Source of the DNA: Epithemia pelagica
Lineage: Eukaryota; Protista; Bacillariophyta
NCBI GenBank assembly: GCA_946965045.2
Contig: OX337241.1
Coordinates: forward strand, 124,001 to 188,000
Direction: 5' to 3'
DNA: 64,000 nt
The stretch's first letter is position 1. Each line of letters starts with the position of its first letter. The notes below the pieces were generated by a model. That model had not been told where the DNA came from. It made no database searches and saw only the letters and a program-made list of their open reading frames with translations. Positions 46,709-59,388 of the stretch are shown one piece after another. Position numbers and translations under genes: made by a program.

Positions 46709-47458
46709 ATGTGGTGGTATTTTCCCAAAACCAAGTCATTGAACCAAAAGACATCAACCGCATCTGCCGTGCAAGAAGCAGAAGCAGCAGAAGAAAAGAC
46801 CGCCAGACTCGAGTCGACCAGCATCACCAAGCCTTTGCATCGACGACAACAAGAACAAGAACCAACGACAACGACAAGATTCCATCACAGTCACCGACTC
46901 CAACAACGGCATGTTTGGGGTCTCCTGATTGGCTTTGTTTCCGGTGTAGCAGTCGAGTGGTTCCTCTTATACTGTTTTAACGATGCCCGTTTTGTCAAAC
47001 AGATTACAAGATCGCTGGCTCATATCACAGTTTTTGTTGCCCTTATTGTGGTAGTCAAATGTTGCCTTCCAGGATACTACATGTCACAAATTCTCTGTGC
47101 CTCCCGAGAAGATTTGGAAAAAGAGATTGTATTGTATAGTGCAGGAGATGACGAGAACGAGATTCGTTTGGTCCTTATCAACGACCTCGAGAGTCCCTTT
47201 TCGTGTCCATCAGCGGACCAAGAACACTGCAAGGTTCGCTCTTCTTCCTTCAAGAGCAATCAAGATAAACTCGACGTTCCCCTCCTTGATGCTGTCGTCA
47301 AACACGACAAGGAACAAGAACAACGACCATCACGAACCAGAGTTTCCTCCACCTGCATTCTCCTAGAACTTTTGGGAATTGGTTTTATTTTTGGCATGAC
47401 AGTGGTGGCAATCTTTACTTCTCCGACAGCTTCGCCTTCCCAGGATCTGTCCTCCTAA
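46709..47458 (+). CDS. 3-TM membrane protein, tandem copy 3 (more diverged)
   Basis: Shares CCLPGYY, CKVRSSS, DVPLL and TCILLELLGIGFIFGMTVVAI with copies 1 and 2. The codon aligned to the paralog ATG is TTG, so the start is uncertain. Confidence 0.7.
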   Translation: MWWYFPKTKSLNQKTSTASAVQEAEAAEEKTARLESTSITKPLHRRQQEQEPTTTTRFHHSHRLQQRHVWGLLIGFVSGVAVEWFLLYCFNDARFVKQITRSLAHITVFVALIVVVKCCLPGYYMSQILCASREDLEKEIVLYSAGDDENEIRLVLINDLESPFSCPSADQEHCKVRSSSFKSNQDKLDVPLLDAVVKHDKEQEQRPSRTRVSSTCILLELLGIGFIFGMTVVAIFTSPTASPSQDLSS

Positions 47459-48967
47459 TTGGAAAGAGCTCTGAGGAAAATCTCTATATATAGTATTATA
47501 TGGTTCTTTGTTGTATTCAAGTTGTTGTATGACACATGGAAAAGTTCGCTAGCTAGCAAAGACTAATAGTTTCAGAAATGGGGAGACACAGTATGTGCTT
47601 TTCTTGGCCAATGAACGAACAGACCACCTGTGTTCTGCATAAAACCTGCCTTATTTGAATCATCATGCCTTGTCAAATCACGGATATTTTAAGGACCGCC
47701 AAACGTAAACACTTTTCCCACACATGAAATGCGCTCGCAACTAGTATGGGGATACGAGCGATCCGTTTGATTTCGTCAAGTCGAACCACTCATCGACACT
47801 GAATCCTCGTGACTTGCTGAAGATCCTCCATATCCATTGCCGAGACACTAAAGATAGGCAACCTATTTCAGAGTATCTTTTCAATTTTCTTAGAGGGTAC
47901 ATCGTGAAGAGTGCCCGTAGTTGCAAATCGTAAGCGAATTTCTAGGGACATGGAGTTTGGACAATGGAGCAAACAGGAAGGTTCTGGGTTACTTGAATCG
48001 TCACGAGTACTGGTCCGGGACTAGCTAGATTGCGTTTGTACGGGGAAGAGTCGTCGGCCGGTTGAAGAGAGACACGTAAAGGATCACGATGAATCGAGCC
48101 AAACGCCCCCGTGTGTCAAGAAAGAGGTTTTCGGGTCCAAATGTCACGTGACAACCATTGTTACTGATTGCAATAGATTTGAAACATGTCGCCTTGAAAC
48201 AACTGTTCGACTAGATTTCAAACAGATGCGCCCTGGGATGCTTCTTGTTCTAGACTGTAGTTGCTGTCGTCGATGGGGGAGGCGCAGGTACAAACGAAGT
48301 TGCTGCTCTCGTGGTCTGGATAGCATTGTGATAGAATGGATTAGGTTCACTGTCCACGACGGTCGTTTCAAACGACCCACAACACACTGGACCATCGAGA
48401 ACAGCTACTCTTTGGCACCACCACCATCGTCCGGGTGTTGCTCCAGTCCATACTTCATGTGTAAATGCGTTCTATTTGTTTTGTGCGGATGGAAGGTCAC
48501 CCGCACACACATACAGGGGTCATGAGATCGCCGGGGAAAATCTCAGATTTTTCTGGGAATGTTTCGACGTCGCTTTTGGGTCGCTCCAAATGTTTGACAT
48601 GATGTGTCACTGCGACAGTTCGCAGAACATGTCTTAGCATGGTGTCAAGTGAAACAGTGACAGATTCCGGCCAATCCCAGGCACGAATAGAGAGGACGTC
48701 ATGTTCCAATCACCCGAGATACCGAAGCTGTCATGGCGAAACGGGCCCATCACCGAAAGATCTTACTCATTGATCACATCGCGAAGAATACAAAATACAC
48801 TACATAATGCAATACACAGAGAGAGTGCCCTCTATCGAACAAAGTCACTTGCCTCACAAATCCGAAAGGGGTTGTCTTGGTGGAGTTCAAGTAGAAAGAG
48901 GCGAATAAGAGTTGTCCATCAATCGTAGAGGTTCAAAGTCGACTATAGAGCTACGTTTCAAGCCCTA

Positions 48968-49822
48968 ATGGTTCCGTCCTCCAATACCCCCATGACAAGG
49001 GTATTTGCTTCCGTACGACCCGCAAAGCGAATAAGAGCCCTGTCCACGGTATCATACTGGAGGAACTCTCTGCATACGGAGCGACCAAGCAGAAGCCATC
49101 ATGATTACGATCGTGCGGCTTTTTCGTCCTTTTCCGAACCTCCACTAGAGGATGTTGCTGGAACACTTTCACAGCATCTCCATGAATATCCATTGGCGAT
49201 TCCTCAGCTTCCATGTTCTTCTGCTCTCTTGATGATTTCATCTCCCCAGTCCGAAGAGTCGTTCCTGATGAGTCGACCTGCGACTCAAATTGTACCCCAG
49301 GCACGTACTTGGAAGGCCACTGTGAGTACCTTGGGTACCATATTGCCTCGTATGGACAATACTTGGAAGGCCACTGTGAGTACCTTGGGTACCATATTGC
49401 CTCGTATGGACAATGGTTCCAGCAGCCCTCCGTCAACCATGACCCACGGTCTCGGTGATCCCCCACCCTTGACTATGACTCGTAACAACAACCACAACGT
49501 CTTGTCGTTGTCGTCGTGGGCCGAACCAACTCCATTTTCTCACGACCCCCATGAAGATCACAACAACGACAATGACCTGGACGATCATCACAGTACAAGA
49601 AAGGACAAGTCCGCGTTCAAGCAAGAAGAACCGCCATCACGAGAGGATGACTACCGTCCCTATGGTGATGTACAACAACACGAACACGAAGAAATGGATA
49701 CACTGTTGCCATCCGAGGATTGGAATGGCACATCTGACTGGGGGTGGCAGTCGGTGCGAGATGAACAACTGGACTCCTCCGTGGACACGATGGACTATGA
49801 AGGACACGATGTGGACTACTGA
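48968..49822 (+). CDS. Hypothetical protein (true start uncertain) with an acidic C-terminus
   Basis: 284-aa ORF with an in-frame 54-bp duplication. No domain recognised. Confidence 0.35.
   Translation: MVPSSNTPMTRVFASVRPAKRIRALSTVSYWRNSLHTERPSRSHHDYDRAAFSSFSEPPLEDVAGTLSQHLHEYPLAIPQLPCSSALLMISSPQSEESFLMSRPATQIVPQARTWKATVSTLGTILPRMDNTWKATVSTLGTILPRMDNGSSSPPSTMTHGLGDPPPLTMTRNNNHNVLSLSSWAEPTPFSHDPHEDHNNDNDLDDHHSTRKDKSAFKQEEPPSREDDYRPYGDVQQHEHEEMDTLLPSEDWNGTSDWGWQSVRDEQLDSSVDTMDYEGHDVDY
49306..49413. repeat. Perfect 54-bp tandem duplication
   Basis: tacttggaaggccactgtgagtaccttgggtaccatattgcctcgtatggacaa occurs twice. Confidence 0.93.
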
Positions 49823-50114
49823 GAACAACAGTTTGACTAGGAAACTGCGAGGCGAATGGACCATGTCGATACGGTGGACACTCAAATGCATCTCTATTAA
49901 CATCTGAATTGTACGCAACAACTGAAATAAAATTGCGATAGGGTGCATTTCCGTACAGGTGCAATGTATAGTACGGATGTTTTACTTGGCTTTTCGTTCA
50001 GGTCTTAGTTAAATCAGTTATACAGGCTGTTGTTTACTGTTAGAGGAGGGGTTCCAAATGCATGTCCATAAGTCAAACGGCATTCGAGGTTTCATAATAA
50101 AGATAGGAAATTGT

Positions 50115-51445
<1,331 letters not shown>

Positions 51446-52823
51446 TTTTGTTTTCTGCGTTGATCGTGTTGAGATGAGAATGTTGTCAAATCGAAATTGT
51501 GAGCCATTCAGGAGAATTGCCGATTTCTCAATCGGTCGGAACCTCAGTCCCTGGGAGCTAGCTCCTGACGGACTCTGACCTGGAGTGAAAGAGACTTACG
51601 TGTTGCCAACGAGCTTTTCATCTCGAGTCTTTTGGTGAATCTACTCGCAAACCACTAACCACCGACCATAGTCCTTGTTCGCTGCGCGGCTCCTTCCGAA
51701 TGAAACACTTGTCAAAGACACCGCCAAGTCACAAAGGCAGGAGGCTCATTCCTTCCGTGTTGGCATGTGGGCTGTCGAACAAGTTTTTCACACGGCCCGA
51801 GAGGAGAACACGTGAGGGCTTTCCACAGAAGTGAGCTGGAACAAACAAAGGTCGAATCCAGCAAAGAAGAGGGTTCTCGTTGATGTGTGGACAGCGCAGA
51901 ACAATGGATCTTTTCCAAAGAACCAAGGTAATCACTTTGCCTCTTGCCTCCTACATGTTTTTCTTTCATCCAACCTACGGAACATGCTGTTGTCACCATC
52001 ACAACATTGTTGGCATTCAATTGAGTCAGCGATTATCATGTCTTTGATGCAGGTGGCTCCACTTCACACCGTAGATTCAAAGATTCTGTCACGGAAGCAA
52101 CCTTTGAATCTTGTGGTGGATGTGGAAAAGCGTTTCTTGAGGCTAACCAGTCGCGCATAGTATCCGTGCACGAAATGCTACCTTCCTTCTTTGCCCTAAT
52201 CTATTCTTATCATAGGGCGTTGTCCTTGTACTCCTAGTTAGGAATGCTACGGCTTATCACTCTTTGTTCTTGACTCGACTCATGTCTCCAAAGCCGCTAT
52301 CTGTTGTTTAGAAAAGCAGTCCAGAACACGAAAATCCAGTATGCCGGAAATATGCATGGTGCAGGACTTACTAGAACCAAAGGAACAACGATTCTACTAC
52401 CTTTCAGTTTATCGCGAGAATGGTATGATGCATTTGTTGCCATGGTAGTTGGTGACTGTGTTCCCTACTGAGGGAGATCCGCTGTGCGGCTATGCACTAT
52501 GCAGGGCTACTCCACATCATGTCCTTGAGATGATAAGCGTTGCGTTTTCAGTTTTCGTATTCCGGTGACTCCTACATTGATTTGTGGGGGAGTTCATGCT
52601 TCCCCCAATAATGTACACTTTCTTCCATAGACCAAGTATCCGGACGTAGGAGAGTTCCCCCAACAACAAACTTCCCCCTGCTGTACTTCCGAATCATGGT
52701 CGATGTGTTTGTGGAGATGCTTCATTGCTCTCATGCTCACAAAAAAAACACAAATCTAAAACCAAAGCGGCCAACACACCAAACTAACTTGGAACGCATT
52801 GCAAACTTGTTCTCACGGAAACC

Positions 52824-53222
52824 ATGAAGCTCTTGAAACGCATATTGCGAAAAAACGACGATGGAACGAGCAAGTCGAACAAGAAGGAGACTAAGAAGAT
52901 TCAAATAACGACCAGTACGACACCAAGTCGATCCACCAAATCGCGAGTGATTCAATATCCCGTCAAGAAAACTACAACATCAAGGTCCACAGCTCGAACG
53001 ACAGGAGGGGGTGGATTCTTTGGAGGTGGACTCTTTTCGGGTGGGGATGGAGGATGTAGTCACACATACAGCAGTGGAGGAGGTGGTGGTGGATGTGGCG
53101 GAGGCGGCGGCGGAGGCGGTGGTGGAGGAGGGGGAGGATGTGGCGGAGGCGGTGGTGGCGGAGGAGGTGGTGGAGGAGGGGGAGGAGGATGTGGGGGCGG
53201 AGGCGGTGGTGGATGTGATTAG
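52824..53222 (+). CDS. Small basic protein with a Gly/Cys tail ending GGGGCD (family member 1)
   Basis: 132 aa; MKLLKR start and a (GGGGC)n tail. Confidence 0.65.
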   Translation: MKLLKRILRKNDDGTSKSNKKETKKIQITTSTTPSRSTKSRVIQYPVKKTTTSRSTARTTGGGGFFGGGLFSGGDGGCSHTYSSGGGGGGCGGGGGGGGGGGGGGCGGGGGGGGGGGGGGGGCGGGGGGGCD

Positions 53223-54695
53223 TAACATCATTGGATGAACATCATCACTGAGCGAGGACGAGAAAAAACCAGTGACCCCGCCTTTGCGCGTATGAACATA
53301 ATTCGTAGAACCCTTTAACATCAAAAGTGGACTTTTGTTCTTCACCCAACTTTCACTCTTTACCATAGTTCTGAAATGAAATACTTGTTCATGACACTGT
53401 CGCAACATCACTTTGGATAGAGATTGCACAGTATCTTTTATCCATGATTCTTTGTGCCAAGGAATCAAGGTATATTCATTGATACTTGGAGAAGATAGCA
53501 TTCGCTACTATTGAGCGGAACTTTTCAGGATGACGACCCTTCGTCAAACAAAAAAGAACTCTTGGTTCAGTTCGCAAACTGTATACTGTTTAGACTCTGC
53601 GACTTGATGATATTTCCTCTCTGTAGAACAAAGTAATGACCTGACTGCATCGGTTCATAGAATGGAACCGGAAGTAGGGGTGATTCTGATGAGGATCAGT
53701 GGACCCAACACGGCAGACACCACCACAGTGAATTAGAAACCCCACAAGGGATCTCTTTGATGCCTTAACACTCGAATCTAGGTGACAATCGATTCATGTA
53801 ACATAATATTTCGTCCGGTGATGAGTCAGGGACCATAAAGACATTAAAAAAACACACAATCTAGGCTCAACCCTTTACCACCGGTAGTTGGACTTCGACT
53901 GAGTTCCTTTACTTCATTTGAAATACACAGACGGTTTATTGTTGGTTTGTTTTGAATCCTCTTTTTGGCGTGGTGGTCGTCGCCAATGGATAAAAGCTAG
54001 ATGGATAGTTTCGGGGGTTCTCGGGACCGAACAAAGAAAGAATCGGACGTAACGCACCACCAATCATCCGGTTCTTCTTGTTTCGAGCGAGGAGGATTTA
54101 GTTGTCTTCTTGAGAGGGCTTCACGGATCTGACTTCGATCCATACTACAACACTGGCAGGCAGAACGTGTCGGTCGGTATGCGATGCTTCGTTGGCCCTT
54201 CTTGTCACTTACAGGTCGTCTCCTGTTGTTCTCTCTTTCATTTCCATACAAGAATGTACGTAGCCCTTGTCGTCAGTCTTTTTCTGTAGCCCATCCACTC
54301 CACTCCACTGCCTCTGCCAAATGCCTTACGGTCGTCCATCCAATAACTCTACTGGAAATTGGAAGCATTCCAGGTATCTTCGGCACAGATCTTGTTCCGT
54401 TTGGACAAAATTTGAAAGCCACGGGAATAGGAATAGGGACTGAACATCAAGAATAAGCACTTTATTCATCCCCAGAGTACTGCATAGCGCTACGGCTGTT
54501 GGAAATACGACATAAATCCGAAAGGGCAGCTCGGGTGTGGATAAGTAGGGGGTGTCTGAGAATAAGTTCCACCAGCGCGACTGGAACAACTTCCGAATGC
54601 CATCGTCGACACTATCCAACAAGCTCAGAACAACGCTGCCCATTGGACAATCCGTATCGATACCCTTTTCTCTCATTATTCTCCACCGACCAACC

Positions 54696-54962
54696 ATGAG
54701 ACTCTTTCGAAGAAAACGCGGAAATGTCCGAGGTAACAAGATGGAAGACAAGAACCACAACAAGACCCAATCAAACAACAACAACAAGACTCCGAACGCG
54801 CAGGCTCCCAACCAGACTCGGCAAGAACCAATTGCTCCCGACCAAAAAGTTGTCATGACGGCCGAGAAACGACAGATCCAACAAGCAATGAGAGAAGCCT
54901 ACCGACATGAACAACTACGACATGACTTCTTCCCGAACCTGTACATAATGGGTGGTGCATAA
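54696..54962 (+). pseudogene. Gly/Cys-tail family member 2, truncated or degenerate
   Basis: MRLFRRKR start and QQAMREAY helix. TAA precedes remnant tgtggaggtggt...ggatgcgac (C-G-G-G...G-C-D) sequence. Confidence 0.5.
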
Positions 54963-55481
54963 TGTGGAGGTGGTGAAAGCGGGATGCGACACGCATGGCG
55001 ATGGCCACAAAAAGATAGTATTCAATATGAACCAAAACGTACTAGAGGCAATATCGAGAAGAACTGCTAGAGTGCCTGGATGATCGAAAATGATTCATGG
55101 TAGTCTTAATTCTGTATTCTCTTTGCTCTGCTTCCTCTTTTCAATCTCGGCATCTTTTCTTGAGACTGTATGGTATTCGTTTGTTTCGTATTCCGGTGTT
55201 AATGTTGGATCAACGACCGTCCCATTGTCGGGTAGTCTAGAGATACGATAACGCTCCCCCAAAATGTTGACATCCCAGAGTATTATACGAAATAATTCTG
55301 TTGTTCTGTATCGATTCATGAAGTGGATACCGCTGGAGTTCTCACATCGCGCCCCCTCTTCTTTACTGAATGTTCGACGAGATTCCTCCGGGACTGACGT
55401 GTACTTCCGGATGCGGTCGTTTCAGTCCTCTCACAAAACGCAAAACGCAAAAACCACAAATCCCCGCTATTGCCACCGACC

Positions 55482-56103
55482 ATGAAATTGTTTTCCCGAC
55501 CACACCGCCAACAAGACGCCAAAAGCGACAACGACAACGATATCAACAATACAAGCCAAACATCCAAACACACAAAGCCAGAAGAGCGTCCGGCTCGTCC
55601 TCAGACTAAACAAGAGCAACGGGCCGCCCAAAAACAAGAACAGGCACGTGAACGTCAAATTGTGGCGGCCCGCAAGCGAGAAATCCAACACGCCTATCAG
55701 TACCACTTGAAACTCTACCAACACCACGTACGAGTCCGTGCCGAACACATGCGTCGAGATCAAACCCGGTATCCTCCCCGAAATCCAACTCCGGCGGCAC
55801 CTCGGACACTTGCATCGCCATCGGCATGGCCGTCAGCCCATTTCCACCACCATGGATGCAAATGCAGGAGCAGGAGGGTTTCTAGACAATTACCATGACC
55901 CTTGTCACCACGAGCATGAGTATCATTGTCATCCGGGCAATATTGGTGAACGAGACTTGGGTGGTGACGGTGGAGGAGACTTTGGACTATGTGAAGGAGA
56001 TTTTGGCGGTGGTGGAGGGGGAGACTTGGATGCATGTGATGGAGACGTTGGTGACAGCGGTGCTGCCGGATGCGGTGAAGGAGGCAATGATGGGTGTGAC
56101 TAG
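55482..56103 (+). pseudogene. Gly/Cys-tail family member 3, apparently frameshifted
   Basis: MKLFSR...EIQHAYQ is in one frame. The His-rich, Gly/Asp/Cys tail ending GCD* is in another frame (55738-56103). The shift lies somewhere in about 55740-55870. Confidence 0.5.
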
Positions 56104-56850
56104 CAATCAACTCGTTGTTGGCAGCCATAGAGACTTTCCACCCAACACGCTACTAGTATAGAAATAAAAATAATGATAGATACAGATCCGATAACGAATC
56201 ACCGAGATAGTTGTATCGTGGTCATCCAATGTAGAGGATCATACGGACTGCAGTGCTGCACTGCCCAGTATGAATCGGGCAGACATTTTCACAGCAAGTT
56301 GTTCAAGTAGACAGATCCTGTCATTACAAGTATGCTTCCATTGTCGTCTTGTCGCCACTTGGTCCACTCACCTTGGATCTTGAGCAGGTAGTGAGGCAAC
56401 TAAAGCCTCTCGCTATGCAACGGATGGTACCTTATTCCGGTTTGGCCTGCGAGCCTGTGCGTGTCCCGTGGGGGAATTTCCGCCAACACCCCAGAATACT
56501 GCATATCCGTTATACAATTCCCTGTAGTCTGTTATTGAGAAACGGCGCTTGGAATTTACGCTCCAGAGTTCTCGAGATTCGGGTCGAATAGTCTACAGTA
56601 TGGAAGGTTGTTTCTATGGACGATGGGAACGAAAGACTCCAAGTCGTGTCTCGAACCATTCTCACTTCCGAATCCGTGCCGTCATCCGACCATGGTCCTC
56701 TCTCAATACAAGCAAGGCGGTGTCATAAATTACTTCTTGCCAAGAAATCACAAACGGCCCAATTCGTGAGACTTGGAATCCTTCTTGTCGTTTTCCATAA
56801 AATCATCATCATCATTCTTATTCACAAAACCGACCGATCGATCGACCATC

Positions 56851-57336
56851 ATGAGACTCTTTGCTTGGCGAACCACTCCAACCGACAACGACAATGACAA
56901 GAAAGTCGACACCACGGACCGTGTGCACAAGAAGAAGAAGAAGAAGAAGACTCCCATTGTCCCGACACGACAAGAACGACGACAGGCTCGTATCCAGGCC
57001 AAACAAGAACAACAGGCGCGTATTCAAGCCAATCAACGAGTGTTGGCCGAACGATCCAAGACCATGCCCAATGCCTATCGACAACAATTGGTTCAAAATC
57101 ATCACCAACGACTCCGGGCGGCGGTCCGACGACGACAACACCATCCTTCCAGTGCGACAAGAGGATATTCAGGGCATTCTCATTACCACAACATTCATTC
57201 TGCCAATCATTATCATCCTCATCATCATCATCACGCGGACGTTTGCACCAGTCCTTGCGATACCTTTGGTGGTGGCGGCGGGGGCGGATGTGGTGGTGGA
57301 GGATGTGGAGGCGGTGGTGGAGGAGGGTGTGACTAA
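56851..57336 (+). CDS. Gly/Cys-tail family member 4
   Basis: MRLFAWR start, basic helix, His-rich stretch and GGGGCGGGGCGGGGGGGCD tail. Confidence 0.65.
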   Translation: MRLFAWRTTPTDNDNDKKVDTTDRVHKKKKKKKTPIVPTRQERRQARIQAKQEQQARIQANQRVLAERSKTMPNAYRQQLVQNHHQRLRAAVRRRQHHPSSATRGYSGHSHYHNIHSANHYHPHHHHHADVCTSPCDTFGGGGGGGCGGGGCGGGGGGGCD

Positions 57337-58398
57337 CAACGACCTAGAGTACAACCATCCTCACAATTACTACTACGACAAAACACTACCACCATGTTCA
57401 TTCCCGACGACATTGTACAATATACTACTATACCGTATATCACACTCTAGAATGCTTTTAGACAAGGCTTTATATTCCATTGAAATCGAGAAACTATCCT
57501 GTTGTTGTGCAGCTTCTCTACTAGAAAGAACAACCAGTCGTAGAGTCACTCTGGAACGACCAGCCTTCAAAGGTGGTGCCCAACGGTCTGAAACCTTGCC
57601 ACTTCTCTGTCACTACTACCAAAGAACGGTTCTTGGACCGTGCTTGACTATAGGCATTGCGGTACGCAACTAGGAAACTGCAAATTAGATCAAACGCAAG
57701 AAGAGCACAGCAACATGAATTCGTCTCGGCCACGAGAGACCACGAAAGATCATCGCTGTTCCAATCCCAAACAACACAACAGTAACAAGACAAAGGATGG
57801 ATTATTCATGGACCATTGACACACTCTCGTCCGACGACAAGACCAAGTTTCGTTCTTGTTCTGGTTGTTCTCGTCGATGGTGCCCAACGTTTGGAGCAAG
57901 GCTTCTTCCACTTTCGCACGTGTGTGCAACAAGTAGTGTCGGGTCCCTGCACTCTCTTGTCGAATGTCGGACGGATCACAAAAAGTACCACACCCAAACA
58001 CAAGGTTGAGAGAGAACGTCCACCCCATTGTCGGCCGTGACGCCGATATGGTCCATCTTTGCGTCACATTGGACAATGTCGTTGACGTTGTCCCTTGTTT
58101 TTTGCATGTAATTGTATAGTCCGTCTCGAATTGGGGCAGGCCACCACATTGTCCAACACACACTGTGACTGGAATGATTCAAGATGCGATCGCGTGGAGA
58201 CAAATGATTGGTGATTCCAACGAGCAACCAACCGAGCGGACCACAACAACTCTGTAATAGTAGGACAGGGAGAAACTTGTCGTCGTTGCTTCTCTTGTGG
58301 TTTCCAAAACCCATGGTTTCCCATCATTCATTCACACCCTGCCAGCAGAGTCAGGCGTCACTCGACCACCGTCGGTCATGACTAGCCGCACGGTCGTG

Positions 58399-58489
58399 AT
58401 TCATGGGTATTCCCAAGAAGAGAACGATACGGGCCTACTACTAGTACCACGAGGCCCGTATCGGTATCTTCGGGGGAATACCCATGAAT
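58399..58489. other. Long hairpin: 38-bp stem (4 mismatches), 15-nt loop
   Basis: attcatgggtattccc..gaaga...cgatacgggcct (58399-58436) pairs with 58452-58489. Confidence 0.8.
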
Positions 58490-59388
58490 AGCGAACAAAC
58501 AAACGACTCGAAAGTCTTTTATACTACCGGGAGAAGAAGTGTTGATCCATGTGCGTAGTAGTTGGAGAGAAGAAGGTTCGAGTCGGAAATGATGAGCGAT
58601 GGACGGTGGGATTCCCCCGGCGGCGAACCACCAAACCTCTCGATTCCTCCACACTCGGGTCGTCGTCGTCGTCGTCGTCTGGGGGTTGTTTGTTGGTCGC
58701 CCTAGTAGAGTTGGAAGGATGGATCCCAACGCGCGCGCAAGAAGAATGGCAGCCACCAATAATACGAACGACGATTGTTGGTTAGAGCGCACCGAGTTTG
58801 TTGTTGTTGTTGTGGTTGTGGGTTTCCATGGAACCCGCCTTGTTGTTGGTTTGCGTTTGTGTGTGTGTGAGTGGCTCGTGGTTCGGATCAATGGGCCCAC
58901 CCCGTACATCACATGTATCATCCATCCATTAGTCCTTCCACGCTTGCCGCTTTTGTTACGAACAACTTGGAAGGGGCGAGCTTGTTCCGAGAATAGGACG
59001 ATACCATTATTGCCAAGACGAGCATGTCGTCGCCATGCTCTCTCGCTCGCCATTTGCATCGCTCATCGCCAACGCCTCTCTCATTCCCACTTCCCACCCA
59101 TATATCTGTTGCAGTTTGCGTCGTGTCATTAGCTCTCAAGGCTCAAGGTAGCTGTTCCTCGTAGGTCGACGGACTGACGGAGTCTGGCCTTCGAAGCCGG
59201 AACGATCAGCACGACGATGGCGCATATGATTCTGCGTTGCGCTATATAGACGCCCGTAGTCTCTTGCGTTCTTCTCTGTTGTACACCAATTCTCTCTAGA
59301 GGAGAGAACCGCCGGCCTGTGGCAGTTGGGTGATTATCCAGTTTTGGAAACGGAGTGTGTCAAGGTCACTATAATACTTGTCCAAAGC

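Noticed and set aside
57750-59132. Several 100-225-aa ORFs on both strands
   Set aside because: Low complexity, mutually overlapping, and no motifs; not called as genes.
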